A stretch of DNA of 64,000 bases from Bacteroidales bacterium (GTDB lineage: Bacteria; Bacteroidota; Bacteroidia; Bacteroidales; Marinilabiliaceae): assembly GCA_003249255.1 (NCBI GenBank), contig QKJP01000029.1:94499-158498 (forward strand), in the 5' to 3' direction. The notes under the pieces are model-generated. The model saw only the letters and a program-made list of their open reading frames with translations, was not told where the DNA came from and made no database searches. Shown piece after piece: positions 30,307 through 39,147 of the stretch (position 1 is its first letter; each line of letters begins with the position of its first letter). Position numbers and translations under genes: made by a program.

Positions 30307-30939
30307 ATGCAAGAAGTAATTAGTGCCTCTTTTTCGACCATCAACCTGATTCCAACAGTTCTTTTATTACTCGTTTTAGTTTATTGGTTAACTGTTATTG
30401 TTGGTGTTTTTAACATCGATACATTTGATTTTGAAACATCTGCCGATGGGGATGTAGACATTGAATTTGGCGAATCTTTTATTTGGCTGAATTCAGCACT
30501 GTCTTTTTTTAATCTAGGCCGGGTTCCTATCATGATTATCCTTAGCTTTTTTGCGTTATCGCTTTGGTTTTGTTCCATTCTGGTTAATCATTATTTAGGC
30601 ATAACCTCCATGGGTTTTGCATTGGTGTTATTAATTCCTGAGATAATTATTAGTGCTTTTGTATCTAAGTTTTTCTCCACTCCTTTTGTAAAGCTTTTTA
30701 AGAAAGATTTAAGTGTGATTGAGAGTAATGAGCATCTAACCGGTAAGATGTGCACCGTAACCTTAGAAGCCGATGCTAAAAACTTTGGTCAAGCTGAGAT
30801 TAAAATTGATGGTACGTCTTTAATCATTAATGTATTAGCTACTGAAGAGGGCATGGTTTTACCCAAAGGGGAAAGTTGCTTGGTGATCGATTACCTTCCT
30901 GAAAGAAAGTTATATTTAATAGAATCCTATAAAAATTAG
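30307..30939 (+). CDS. NfeD/YqiJ-like (DUF1449) inner-membrane protein
   Basis: 210 aa with four TM helices and a C-terminal beta-rich OB-like segment. It lies 8 bp upstream of a flotillin gene, the same arrangement as E. coli yqiJ-yqiK. Confidence 0.55.
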   Translation: MQEVISASFSTINLIPTVLLLLVLVYWLTVIVGVFNIDTFDFETSADGDVDIEFGESFIWLNSALSFFNLGRVPIMIILSFFALSLWFCSILVNHYLGITSMGFALVLLIPEIIISAFVSKFFSTPFVKLFKKDLSVIESNEHLTGKMCTVTLEADAKNFGQAEIKIDGTSLIINVLATEEGMVLPKGESCLVIDYLPERKLYLIESYKN

Positions 30940-30946
30940 TTACCCT

Positions 30947-33055
30947 ATGTTAGAAAATGTAATTCAAACCTCCATTATTATTGGAGTAATTTTATTCGTT
31001 GGAATCATCATCTTGGTGGTTAAAACTTATCGCAAAACCACCCAAGGACAAGCTCTGGTTCGTACCGGACAAGGTGGATCTAAAGTAACCTTCGACGGTT
31101 TTTTTGTTATTCCTGTGCTTCATCGCATGGAAGTGATGGATATTACCTTAAAAACTGTAACCATTGCGCGTGAAGGTAAAGAGGGATTGATTTGTAAAGA
31201 CAACCTTCGTGCAGACATCCGGGTGAATTTCTTTGTGCGTGTGAATAAAACATCTGAAGATGTAATTCAGGTAGCGCAGGCGATTGGTTGTAACCGTGCA
31301 TCTGATATTACAGCTTTGGTTGATTTATTTGATGCGAAGTTCTCAGAAGCTTTAAAAACAGTTGGTAAGCAATTTGAATTTGTGGAATTATATAATTCAC
31401 GTGAGAAATTTAAATTAGAAATTCTTCGTACAATTGGTACCGACTTAAATGGTTATGTGCTGGATGACTGTGCCATTGATTTCTTAGAGCAAACTCCGGT
31501 TGAGCAACTTTCTCCGGATAATATTTTAGATGTGGAAGGGATCAAGAAGATTACTAAAATCACGTCTGAACAACAAATCTTATCTAATCAGATTAGACGA
31601 GATAAAGAGAAAACGATTACTAAGCAGGATGTTGAAGCCAAAGAGACGGTGCTTCAATTAGAAAAACAGTTGGCTGAGACTCAGGAAAAGCAAAAACGTG
31701 AAATCGCCAATGTGAGAGCACGTGAGCAAGCAGAAATTGCCAAAGTGGGTCAGGAGCAAGCTTTAATTAGTGAGAATGCACGCATTGCTACCGAAGAAGA
31801 AATTATGGTAGCTGAAGAAAATAAAGAGCGCCAGATTATTGTGGCACGTAAAAATAAAGAACGTACTGAAGCTTTAGAGAACGAATCAGTTTTAAAAGAT
31901 CAACAGTTAGAAGCTAACGAACGCGAGAAGATTGTTTCTTTGGCTCGAATGGAAAAAGATAAGCTTTTAGAAGCTGAGCAAAAGAAAATGCAAGAGGTCG
32001 TTCGTGAGCGCATTGAGGTTGAAAAATCAGTTGTTGCCGAGCAGGAGAAAATCAAGGATACTCAGGCTCATGCAGAGGCAGAGCGGAATAAGTTAGTAGC
32101 GATCAAAGAAGCCGAAAAAGAAGCTGAGACGAACTTAGTAACTGAAATTAAGAGTGCCGAAGCAGCTCGTAAAGCAGCTGAGTTTAAAACGGAACAACGC
32201 ATTATGGAAGCCAAGGCTGCTCAGGAAGCTGCTGATAAAGAAGCAACAGCCATGAAGATTTTAGCTGAGGCAAAAGCTGCAGAAGCGGCTGCTGTTGGTA
32301 TTTCAGAAGCACAGGTGATTGAAGCGAAAGCTGCCGCCAAAGAAAAAGAAGGAATTGCTCAGGCAAATATCATTTTATCAACCTCTAAAGCAGAAGCCGA
32401 AGCAATTCAGAAAAAAGGATTGGCTGAAGCTACCGTTAAGCAGGCCTTAGCCAAAGCATCTGAAGAAGAAGGTATGGCTGAAAACCGTGTGGCGAGCGAG
32501 AAATTCTCAATCGAAGCAAAAGGTATTGAAGAAAAAGCTGCTGCCATGAAAAAATTAGATGGTGTCGGTAAGGAACATGAAGAATTCAAACTGCGCCTTA
32601 ACAAAGACAAAGAAATTGAATTGGCTAAAATCAACATCCAAAAAGAAATTGCAGGTGCTCAGGCTAAAGTGATCAGCGAAGCGCTTAGAGCTGCAAATAT
32701 CGATATTGTTGGTGGTGAAACCATGTTCTTTAATCAAATTATGGGTGCCATCACTAATGGAAAAGCTGTAGATCGCATGGTAGGCAGTAGCAATGTGTTA
32801 GCCGATGTAAAAGACACCTTTTTCTCCACTGATGATGGAAAGAGTTTCAAGGTGAACTTACAACAGTTTATCGATCAGTTTGGAATGAGTTCTGAAGATT
32901 TAAAGAACTTAAGCTTAACAAACCTTCTGTACAAGATGGGGAACCAAACGAATAAAGAAACCGATAAAAACTCCATCCTTGGCTTATTAGATACCGTTAA
33001 GAGCTTAGGCTTATCTAATAAAACAGCTCAAGAAGTTGGCATTGAGCCATTTTAG
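30947..33055 (+). CDS. flotillin-like SPFH/Band-7 protein (YqiK/FloT-like) with extended Ala/Glu/Lys-rich coiled coil
   Basis: N-terminal TM then an SPFH domain (GQALVRTGQGGSKVTF...). The 702-aa length includes a long EA/KA-repeat coiled-coil region. Confidence 0.8.
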   Translation: MLENVIQTSIIIGVILFVGIIILVVKTYRKTTQGQALVRTGQGGSKVTFDGFFVIPVLHRMEVMDITLKTVTIAREGKEGLICKDNLRADIRVNFFVRVNKTSEDVIQVAQAIGCNRASDITALVDLFDAKFSEALKTVGKQFEFVELYNSREKFKLEILRTIGTDLNGYVLDDCAIDFLEQTPVEQLSPDNILDVEGIKKITKITSEQQILSNQIRRDKEKTITKQDVEAKETVLQLEKQLAETQEKQKREIANVRAREQAEIAKVGQEQALISENARIATEEEIMVAEENKERQIIVARKNKERTEALENESVLKDQQLEANEREKIVSLARMEKDKLLEAEQKKMQEVVRERIEVEKSVVAEQEKIKDTQAHAEAERNKLVAIKEAEKEAETNLVTEIKSAEAARKAAEFKTEQRIMEAKAAQEAADKEATAMKILAEAKAAEAAAVGISEAQVIEAKAAAKEKEGIAQANIILSTSKAEAEAIQKKGLAEATVKQALAKASEEEGMAENRVASEKFSIEAKGIEEKAAAMKKLDGVGKEHEEFKLRLNKDKEIELAKINIQKEIAGAQAKVISEALRAANIDIVGGETMFFNQIMGAITNGKAVDRMVGSSNVLADVKDTFFSTDDGKSFKVNLQQFIDQFGMSSEDLKNLSLTNLLYKMGNQTNKETDKNSILGLLDTVKSLGLSNKTAQEVGIEPF

Positions 33056-33329
33056 AAAAAGATAAATAGATTGTTAGATGATAGATGTTAGACTTATTTT
33101 TATAGTCTAATATCTATCCGTCTATAATTTTTCAAATTTCCCCAACGCTCACTCTTCGATTCCCTATAGGGATCAACGCGCGATCGCTTCCCCTTTAGGG
33201 ATTAGGGGTAAATGTGTTGGCATATTTAATTTGTAATATTTTTCGTATGGTCAATTCTATCAATCTATTATCTAATGTCTATTAGTCTATCATCTAATAA
33301 TCTATCCAAAATTTGTCCATTCGTAACTT

Positions 33330-36300
33330 ATGACTGAAGAAACAAAACCCACCGAGACACAATTAGAACAAGGCACTTACGAAATAATCCAGAACCGTTT
33401 AGTTCAGAATGGTAAAGATTTACAAAATCGGCTGAAAACCTTAAACGATGAGCGAAAAAAAGTTTTTGGTTCCATTGAGACGGCTTTGATTGGTAATGAG
33501 CGAATATCTACTGAAAATAATTGTATTGCTGTAGATATGATCACCATAGGCCAGTGTTTTATATTTGGATACAATGTGGTGATTGGCCTTAAAACGGAGG
33601 TTGAAATTTCGGATGTTTTTAGTGTTTATAAGTATAGTTGCAAAGATCATAATTTTCAATCAGAAAGTCTTAATCTGATTTATTCCAAAGAATTTGAAAA
33701 CGATTTCAAAAACCTTTATAAATACTACAAAGAAGCCCAGTTTACAAAATTTGCAAAAATTGGCACTTCACTTTTCATGGTGTTTAAAACCGGAAAAGGC
33801 AAGTACGATATTAAAACCTTAAAATTTGCCATTAATGGCGATACCATTCATTATCTGGATAACCGTAGTGACCATGAATTTGTGTTTCCAAACCAGCACG
33901 AATTTCAGTGGAAGAAAACAACCCGCGATCAGCATGTCAAAGGTGAACATCCGCATATCTCCATCGAAGACCGCGTGTTTGTTGAAACAGTAGGCGGTGA
34001 TTTAACCATCAAAATTGAAAATAACACCGATTCCGGAGAAGGAATTTACGAAGAAGACGTTGATCACAAAACTCAAACTTTAGATGATGGTGAATACTAC
34101 TATGCCATCATTGATAACCTGATCGTATTAAAGATCAAACCCTACCAGGAAGAGAAATTCCGTTACATTGTTTATAACGATAAGATAAAACAAGCCGTTC
34201 GCATTGATTCCCTTGAAGGTTCGTGCGTGTTGCTTCCGGATAACCATGGTTTAATATTTGCCAATGGTTATTATTTACAAACCGGTGAGACGAAGATTTT
34301 TGATAATCAACTCTCCGATATGCTCTATCAGCAACGCATTGCTTCGCCTAACGGGGAAGATTTTTTATATGTTTTCTTCAATCAATCCAGCGGAGAATAC
34401 ATATTACTTTCTTATAACCTGATTGCACAAGAGGTTGAAACGCCTATCATCTGCAATGGTTACTCCTTGTTTGAAAATGGGGAGATGTGCTATTTTAAAT
34501 CTGATGGTGAGCCTAAAAAGCACCATACCCTTCAGATTTGGAAAACGCCTTATTTGGATAGTAATTATCAATCTACAGATAACGCTTATCAGGATTCATT
34601 CCTGTATAAAATAGGTAATAAAGACATCGTTCGTGGGATGTCGGAATGTAGTGAGGTTTTAAAGCTCATCAACAAAGAGGATAGCTACGAAAACCTTTAC
34701 ATCGACATCCTTAAAAAGTCCAACGACATCATTGATGCCTATTATTGGGTGGGCAAGGAAGAGGCTGCCAATCTGTTAGTGCCTTTAGCAGAAATTAAAG
34801 AAACGGCCGGCAATGCCATCGAGGAGTTCGAGAAGGTCGTAACCATGAAAAAGAATACCCGCGATGAAGTGAACCGGGTAAAGCTACTGATCGAAACGCT
34901 TGTGCAAAAGATCAAAGATTCTTCTTTCTCTAACATCAACGAATACGTGAATGTGTTGGCCGATTTAAGAGGCTTACGTGGAGAAACCATTTCATTAAAA
35001 GAACTAAGGTATGTAGACCTTGATTACGTTCAGGAAGAGGAAGGAAAATTAGAGACTTTCAACTCAGAAATTTCTAACAACTGTGTAAAGTTTCTTTTAA
35101 AAGAAGAAGCCCTTCAGCCTTATTACGACAAGGTTGAAGAATTAAAAACAAAAATTACCGAAGTATCAAAAGTAGTTGATGCGAACAAAATAGAAAACGA
35201 GCTCACTCAAACATCTTCAGAGTTGGAGATGCTGATCGAAATCATCAGTAATCTTAAAATTGAAGATGCCACAGAGACCACTCGTATCATCGATGCCATA
35301 TCGAGCATTTATTCTAGCTTTAACCAGGTAAACGCAGCACTGAAAAGGAAGCGAAAAGAGTTGTTAAGCCTGGAAGGAACCGCAGAGTTTAATGCTCAAA
35401 TTAAACTGATTAGCCAAGGATTAACCAACTATTTGGAGCTAGCCGATGCACCGGAAAAGTGTGTGGAGTTTCAAACCAAGTTAATGGTTCAGATTGAAGA
35501 ATTGGAAGGTAAATTCTCTGATTTTGATGAGTTTATCGAAAAGATTAACACCAAGCGTGAAGAGATTTACAATTCTTTTGAGTCGAAGAAAATAAGTTTA
35601 GTAGAAGCTCGTAATAAGCGGGCGAATAGCTTAATGCAATCCTCAGAGCGCATCCTCAAAGCCATTCGCAACCGTGTAACGAAGTTTAAAGAGGTGAGCG
35701 AAATTAACGGTTACTATGCTTCCGATTTGATTATTGAAAAGTTGCGTAACCTTGTTAATGAATTGGTTGAGTTGGAAGATCCGGTAAAAGCTGATGCCAT
35801 CCAGAGCCAGTTAAAGACCATTAAAGAAGAAGCCATTCGCCAGTTAAAAGACAAGAATGAGCTTTTTGTGGATGGCCAGAATATCATCAAGTTTGGTACG
35901 CATCATTTCTCGGTAAACACTCAGGCTTGTGAGCTAACCATGGTGTTTAAAGATGGCGATATGTATTTTCACCTGACCGGAACCAGCTTCTATGAGAAAG
36001 TTGTTAACGATGATTTTTATAGCTATAAAGACCTTTGGGATCAGAGCATTCCATCTGAAAACAAAGAAGTATACCGCGCAGAATATTTAGCTTATCAAAT
36101 TTTAGAAGCCAACATTGGAAACCCAACCCGCGACTTCTCAAAGATGACGGATGAAGAGTTACTGGGCTACATTCGCGAATTTATGAGTCAGCGTTATAAC
36201 GAAGGCTATGTAAAAGGCGTTCACGATCAGGATGCGCTTATCATTGTAAAAGAATTACTGGCCTTGGTACAAACTGCCGGACTGTTAAAATATTCCACCA

Positions 36301-38219
36301 AAGCGCGTGCTTGCGCGAATTTGTATTGGAGCTGTTTTGCCTCAGATAGCATAAAAAACAGTTACCGCAAACAAATGAAAGGCATCGGTGCCTTGCTTGA
36401 GGTTTTTCCTGATGCACAGGAGTTTCAATACATCATTGAAGGCATTGAAAAAGAGTTAGCCGAGTTTATCTTGGAAACAAAACTATTTGATCCGCTTTAC
36501 ATTCCCGAAGCTGCCGATTATTTATTTCATGAGGTCGTAAGTGGCGATGATTTTGTGGTTGATTATCAGGCATCCACATTGTATGAAGCCTTTCATCGAT
36601 TTTTAAAAGATAAAAAGGCTCAAGATAAATTTAGCCACTCCAAAGCTGAGTTGGTAGATAGTCCTTTGGCTCAATACCAATTAATTACCAAATGGTTGAA
36701 GGCCTTTATGATGACATCCGGCGTTACAAACAAAGATCATTACATCAATGAAGTTTCGGTGTTATTAATGCTGGATAATTTTGATAATAAGAATGTCATC
36801 AAGGTAAGTCTGAGTAAGGAATTGGATGGTTTGCAAGGAACTCATTCCACATTGGAAGGAGGAAAGTATCAGTTTGATTACAATAATTTCATATTTAAGT
36901 TAAAGAACTACCAGGAAAAGGTAGCTCAGCGTTTTGATGTGTTGAGTGGATTAAAGAAAAACTTGATTCAGCAATTTGAAGAAGATTTAAGGTTGAATGA
37001 GTTTAAGCCTCGTGTCATGTCTTCCTTTGTTAGAAATAAGCTCATCGATAAAGTTTACCTGCCATTGGTAGGAGATAACCTGGCAAAACAAATGGGGACA
37101 GCCGGAGAAGGTAAACGTACCGATTTAATGGGGATGTTACTCCTAATTTCACCTCCGGGATATGGTAAAACGACCTTGATGGAATACATAGCCAGTCGTT
37201 TAGGTATCATCTTTATGAAGATTAACGGGCCGGCCATTGGACATGAAGTAACCTCTCTGGACCCTGCCGAAGCAGGTAATGCCGGGGCTCGTGAAGAGTT
37301 GAAAAAGCTAAACCTATCCTTTGAGATGGGCGATAATGTGATGATCTACCTGGATGATATTCAGCACTGTAATCCCGAATTTTTGCAGAAGTTTATTTCC
37401 CTTTGTGATGCTCAGCGTAAGATCGAAGGTGTGTATAAAGGCAAGAGTAAGACTTATGATTTTCGTGGTCGAAAAGTATGCGTAGTAATGGCCGGTAACC
37501 CCTACACCGAAAGTGGAGATAAATTCCAGATACCGGATATGTTAGCGAACCGTGCGGATATTTATAACCTGGGTGATATTTTAGGAGATACAGCAGATAT
37601 CTTTAACATGAGTTACATCGAGAATACACTAACATCTAATAAAGTATTGAACCAATTGGCTGCCAAAAGTCACAACGATATTTATCCCTTGTTGCGCCTA
37701 GCTGAAACTGGTGATAAGGATGGCTTAGAGTTTGAAGCAAGCCATACACCAACTCAGATAAACGATTATGTAAATGTGCTGAAAAAACTAATCGTCATTC
37801 GGGATGTGATTTCGAAGGTTAACCAGCACTATATTTCATCAGCAGCACAAGCCGAAGAATACAGAACTGAACCACCATTTAAGCTTCAGGGATCGTACCG
37901 AAACATGAATAAAATTACCGAAAAGGTAATGCCTATCATGAATCATGAAGAGTTAGAGACCTTAATACTTTCGCACTACGAAGGAGAGTCTCAAACACTA
38001 ACATCAGGGGCAGAGGCCAACATGTTGAAGTTTAAAGAGATCTTTGGTAAGATGAATGAAAAAGATGTGGCCAGATGGGAAGAAATCAAGCAAACCTTCC
38101 GCAAAAATCAAAAATTAAAAGGCGGTGGTGCCAATAATCAGGCTGCACAAGTAGTTGCCGGAATGGATAACATTACCGAGAGTATTTTGGAGCTGAAAAA
38201 GGCTTTGATGAAGAATTAA
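33330..38219 (+). CDS. giant (1629 aa) protein with C-terminal AAA+ ATPase domain (MoxR/AAA_5-like); function unknown
   Basis: Single uninterrupted 4.9-kb ORF. Walker A LLLISPPGYGKTTLMEY, Walker B VMIYLDDIQH, sensor VCVVMAGNPYT, and a downstream R-finger-like IPDMLANRADIYNLG near aa 1240-1400. The N-terminal ~1200 aa are beta-rich then long alpha-helical, with no domain I can name. Confidence 0.7.
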   Translation: MTEETKPTETQLEQGTYEIIQNRLVQNGKDLQNRLKTLNDERKKVFGSIETALIGNERISTENNCIAVDMITIGQCFIFGYNVVIGLKTEVEISDVFSVYKYSCKDHNFQSESLNLIYSKEFENDFKNLYKYYKEAQFTKFAKIGTSLFMVFKTGKGKYDIKTLKFAINGDTIHYLDNRSDHEFVFPNQHEFQWKKTTRDQHVKGEHPHISIEDRVFVETVGGDLTIKIENNTDSGEGIYEEDVDHKTQTLDDGEYYYAIIDNLIVLKIKPYQEEKFRYIVYNDKIKQAVRIDSLEGSCVLLPDNHGLIFANGYYLQTGETKIFDNQLSDMLYQQRIASPNGEDFLYVFFNQSSGEYILLSYNLIAQEVETPIICNGYSLFENGEMCYFKSDGEPKKHHTLQIWKTPYLDSNYQSTDNAYQDSFLYKIGNKDIVRGMSECSEVLKLINKEDSYENLYIDILKKSNDIIDAYYWVGKEEAANLLVPLAEIKETAGNAIEEFEKVVTMKKNTRDEVNRVKLLIETLVQKIKDSSFSNINEYVNVLADLRGLRGETISLKELRYVDLDYVQEEEGKLETFNSEISNNCVKFLLKEEALQPYYDKVEELKTKITEVSKVVDANKIENELTQTSSELEMLIEIISNLKIEDATETTRIIDAISSIYSSFNQVNAALKRKRKELLSLEGTAEFNAQIKLISQGLTNYLELADAPEKCVEFQTKLMVQIEELEGKFSDFDEFIEKINTKREEIYNSFESKKISLVEARNKRANSLMQSSERILKAIRNRVTKFKEVSEINGYYASDLIIEKLRNLVNELVELEDPVKADAIQSQLKTIKEEAIRQLKDKNELFVDGQNIIKFGTHHFSVNTQACELTMVFKDGDMYFHLTGTSFYEKVVNDDFYSYKDLWDQSIPSENKEVYRAEYLAYQILEANIGNPTRDFSKMTDEELLGYIREFMSQRYNEGYVKGVHDQDALIIVKELLALVQTAGLLKYSTKARACANLYWSCFASDSIKNSYRKQMKGIGALLEVFPDAQEFQYIIEGIEKELAEFILETKLFDPLYIPEAADYLFHEVVSGDDFVVDYQASTLYEAFHRFLKDKKAQDKFSHSKAELVDSPLAQYQLITKWLKAFMMTSGVTNKDHYINEVSVLLMLDNFDNKNVIKVSLSKELDGLQGTHSTLEGGKYQFDYNNFIFKLKNYQEKVAQRFDVLSGLKKNLIQQFEEDLRLNEFKPRVMSSFVRNKLIDKVYLPLVGDNLAKQMGTAGEGKRTDLMGMLLLISPPGYGKTTLMEYIASRLGIIFMKINGPAIGHEVTSLDPAEAGNAGAREELKKLNLSFEMGDNVMIYLDDIQHCNPEFLQKFISLCDAQRKIEGVYKGKSKTYDFRGRKVCVVMAGNPYTESGDKFQIPDMLANRADIYNLGDILGDTADIFNMSYIENTLTSNKVLNQLAAKSHNDIYPLLRLAETGDKDGLEFEASHTPTQINDYVNVLKKLIVIRDVISKVNQHYISSAAQAEEYRTEPPFKLQGSYRNMNKITEKVMPIMNHEELETLILSHYEGESQTLTSGAEANMLKFKEIFGKMNEKDVARWEEIKQTFRKNQKLKGGGANNQAAQVVAGMDNITESILELKKALMKN

Positions 38220-38226
38220 AAAAAAA

Positions 38227-38345
38227 GGCAGAAGGCAGTAGGCAGAAGACAGAAGTGAAAATGTGCAAATTAGGAAATGTGCAAATTAAATATGTGCTAA
38301 TTATTTGTTCGGATAAAAACGGACTTTCGGACTAAGTACCTCGGA
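38227..38345. repeat. ~115-bp direct repeat, arm 1 (partner at 38521..38640)
   Basis: GGCAGAAG...AATGTGCAAATTAGGAAATGTG...TGTGCTAATTATTTGTTCGGATA(A/G)AAACGGACTTTCGGACTAAGTAC(C/T)TCGGACTA is shared at ~85% identity. Confidence 0.6.
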
Positions 38346-38347
38346 CT

Positions 38348-38369
38348 AAAAAAAAAGCTCCAACGGAGC
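38348..38369 (-). terminator. orphan rho-independent terminator on the minus strand
   Basis: The minus strand reads GCTCCGTTGGAGC followed by a T9 run. No annotated minus-strand gene lies upstream of it. Confidence 0.5.
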
Positions 38370-38520
38370 GTTGTCTTCTAGCCTAGTGCGTAGCGCTAGG
38401 AGGTAATGTGAATGAAATCATGTAAATCAATGTCGCAACCGCAAAGGAGGATTGTGAGCTAAAGTTGAATGCGACATCTTGCACAATGGAAAATTAGTTA
38501 ACAGAAGCATTAATCAAAAA

Positions 38521-38640
38521 GGCAGAAGTGTGCAAATTAGGAAATGTGAGAAAGTAAAAATTAAATAATGTGCTGATGTGCTAATTATTTGTTCGGATAG
38601 AAACGGACTTTCGGACTAAGTACTTCGGACTATTAAAAAA
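38521..38640. repeat. ~115-bp direct repeat, arm 2
   Basis: See arm 1. It ends 10 bp before the TerB-like gene start. Confidence 0.6.
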
Positions 38641-38649
38641 CAATATAAA

Positions 38650-39057
38650 ATGAGCATAATAAATAGCAATTCAAGTCAGGCAAAAGGTGAATTAGCAGCT
38701 TTTGTAAGAATGGCAAAGGCCGATGGTATCATCAAAAAATCCGAGGATATGTTGCTGCGTCTTTTGGCCAAAAAATTAAATGTAGCGGAATCTGATTTAG
38801 ATGCGATCTGTGATAATCCGGATAACTTTCCATTAGAGCCGCCAATCAATACAGAAGATCGAAATGTATTGTTTTACAAGTTGATTCAAATGATGAAAGT
38901 GGATTTATCTGTAGAGGTGGATGAAATTGAATTTTGTAAAAACATAGGACTTGATTTAGGCATTAGTCCCGCTAAGATTGATGACATTATTAAAATATCA
39001 ATTCTTAAAAATAAAGAAGTGGTTGATTACGATACCATTCGAAAGTTGTTGGTGTAA
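38650..39057 (+). CDS. TerB-like (tellurite-resistance TerB / DjlA-N-like) domain protein
   Basis: 135 aa with two helix-pair units matching the TerB pattern (AKADGIIKKSEDMLLRLLAKKLNV and VDLSVEVDEIEFCKNIGLDLGIS). Confidence 0.5.
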   Translation: MSIINSNSSQAKGELAAFVRMAKADGIIKKSEDMLLRLLAKKLNVAESDLDAICDNPDNFPLEPPINTEDRNVLFYKLIQMMKVDLSVEVDEIEFCKNIGLDLGISPAKIDDIIKISILKNKEVVDYDTIRKLLV

Positions 39058-39084
39058 TAGTCAACCAATTGAAATAACTAAAAT

Positions 39085-39118
39085 GCAGTTAAGATGTTAT
39101 GCTTAACTGCTTTTTTAT
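39085..39118 (+). terminator. rho-independent terminator
   Basis: GCAGTTAAG-loop-CTTAACTGC followed by TTTTTT after the TerB-like gene. Confidence 0.65.
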
Positions 39119-39147
39119 TTGTTTGAAATGATTAATAAAACCTGATC

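Noticed and set aside
33330-38219. Giant ATPase as a component of a known defence system (BREX BrxC/PglY, Zorya ZorD, Druantia DruE, DISARM)
   Set aside because: Those proteins carry N-terminal or central ATPase or helicase modules with different motif spacing and come with diagnostic partners (methyltransferase, PglZ, MotAB-like, DUF1998). None of those partners is present, and here the AAA+ module is C-terminal and MoxR/AAA_5-like.
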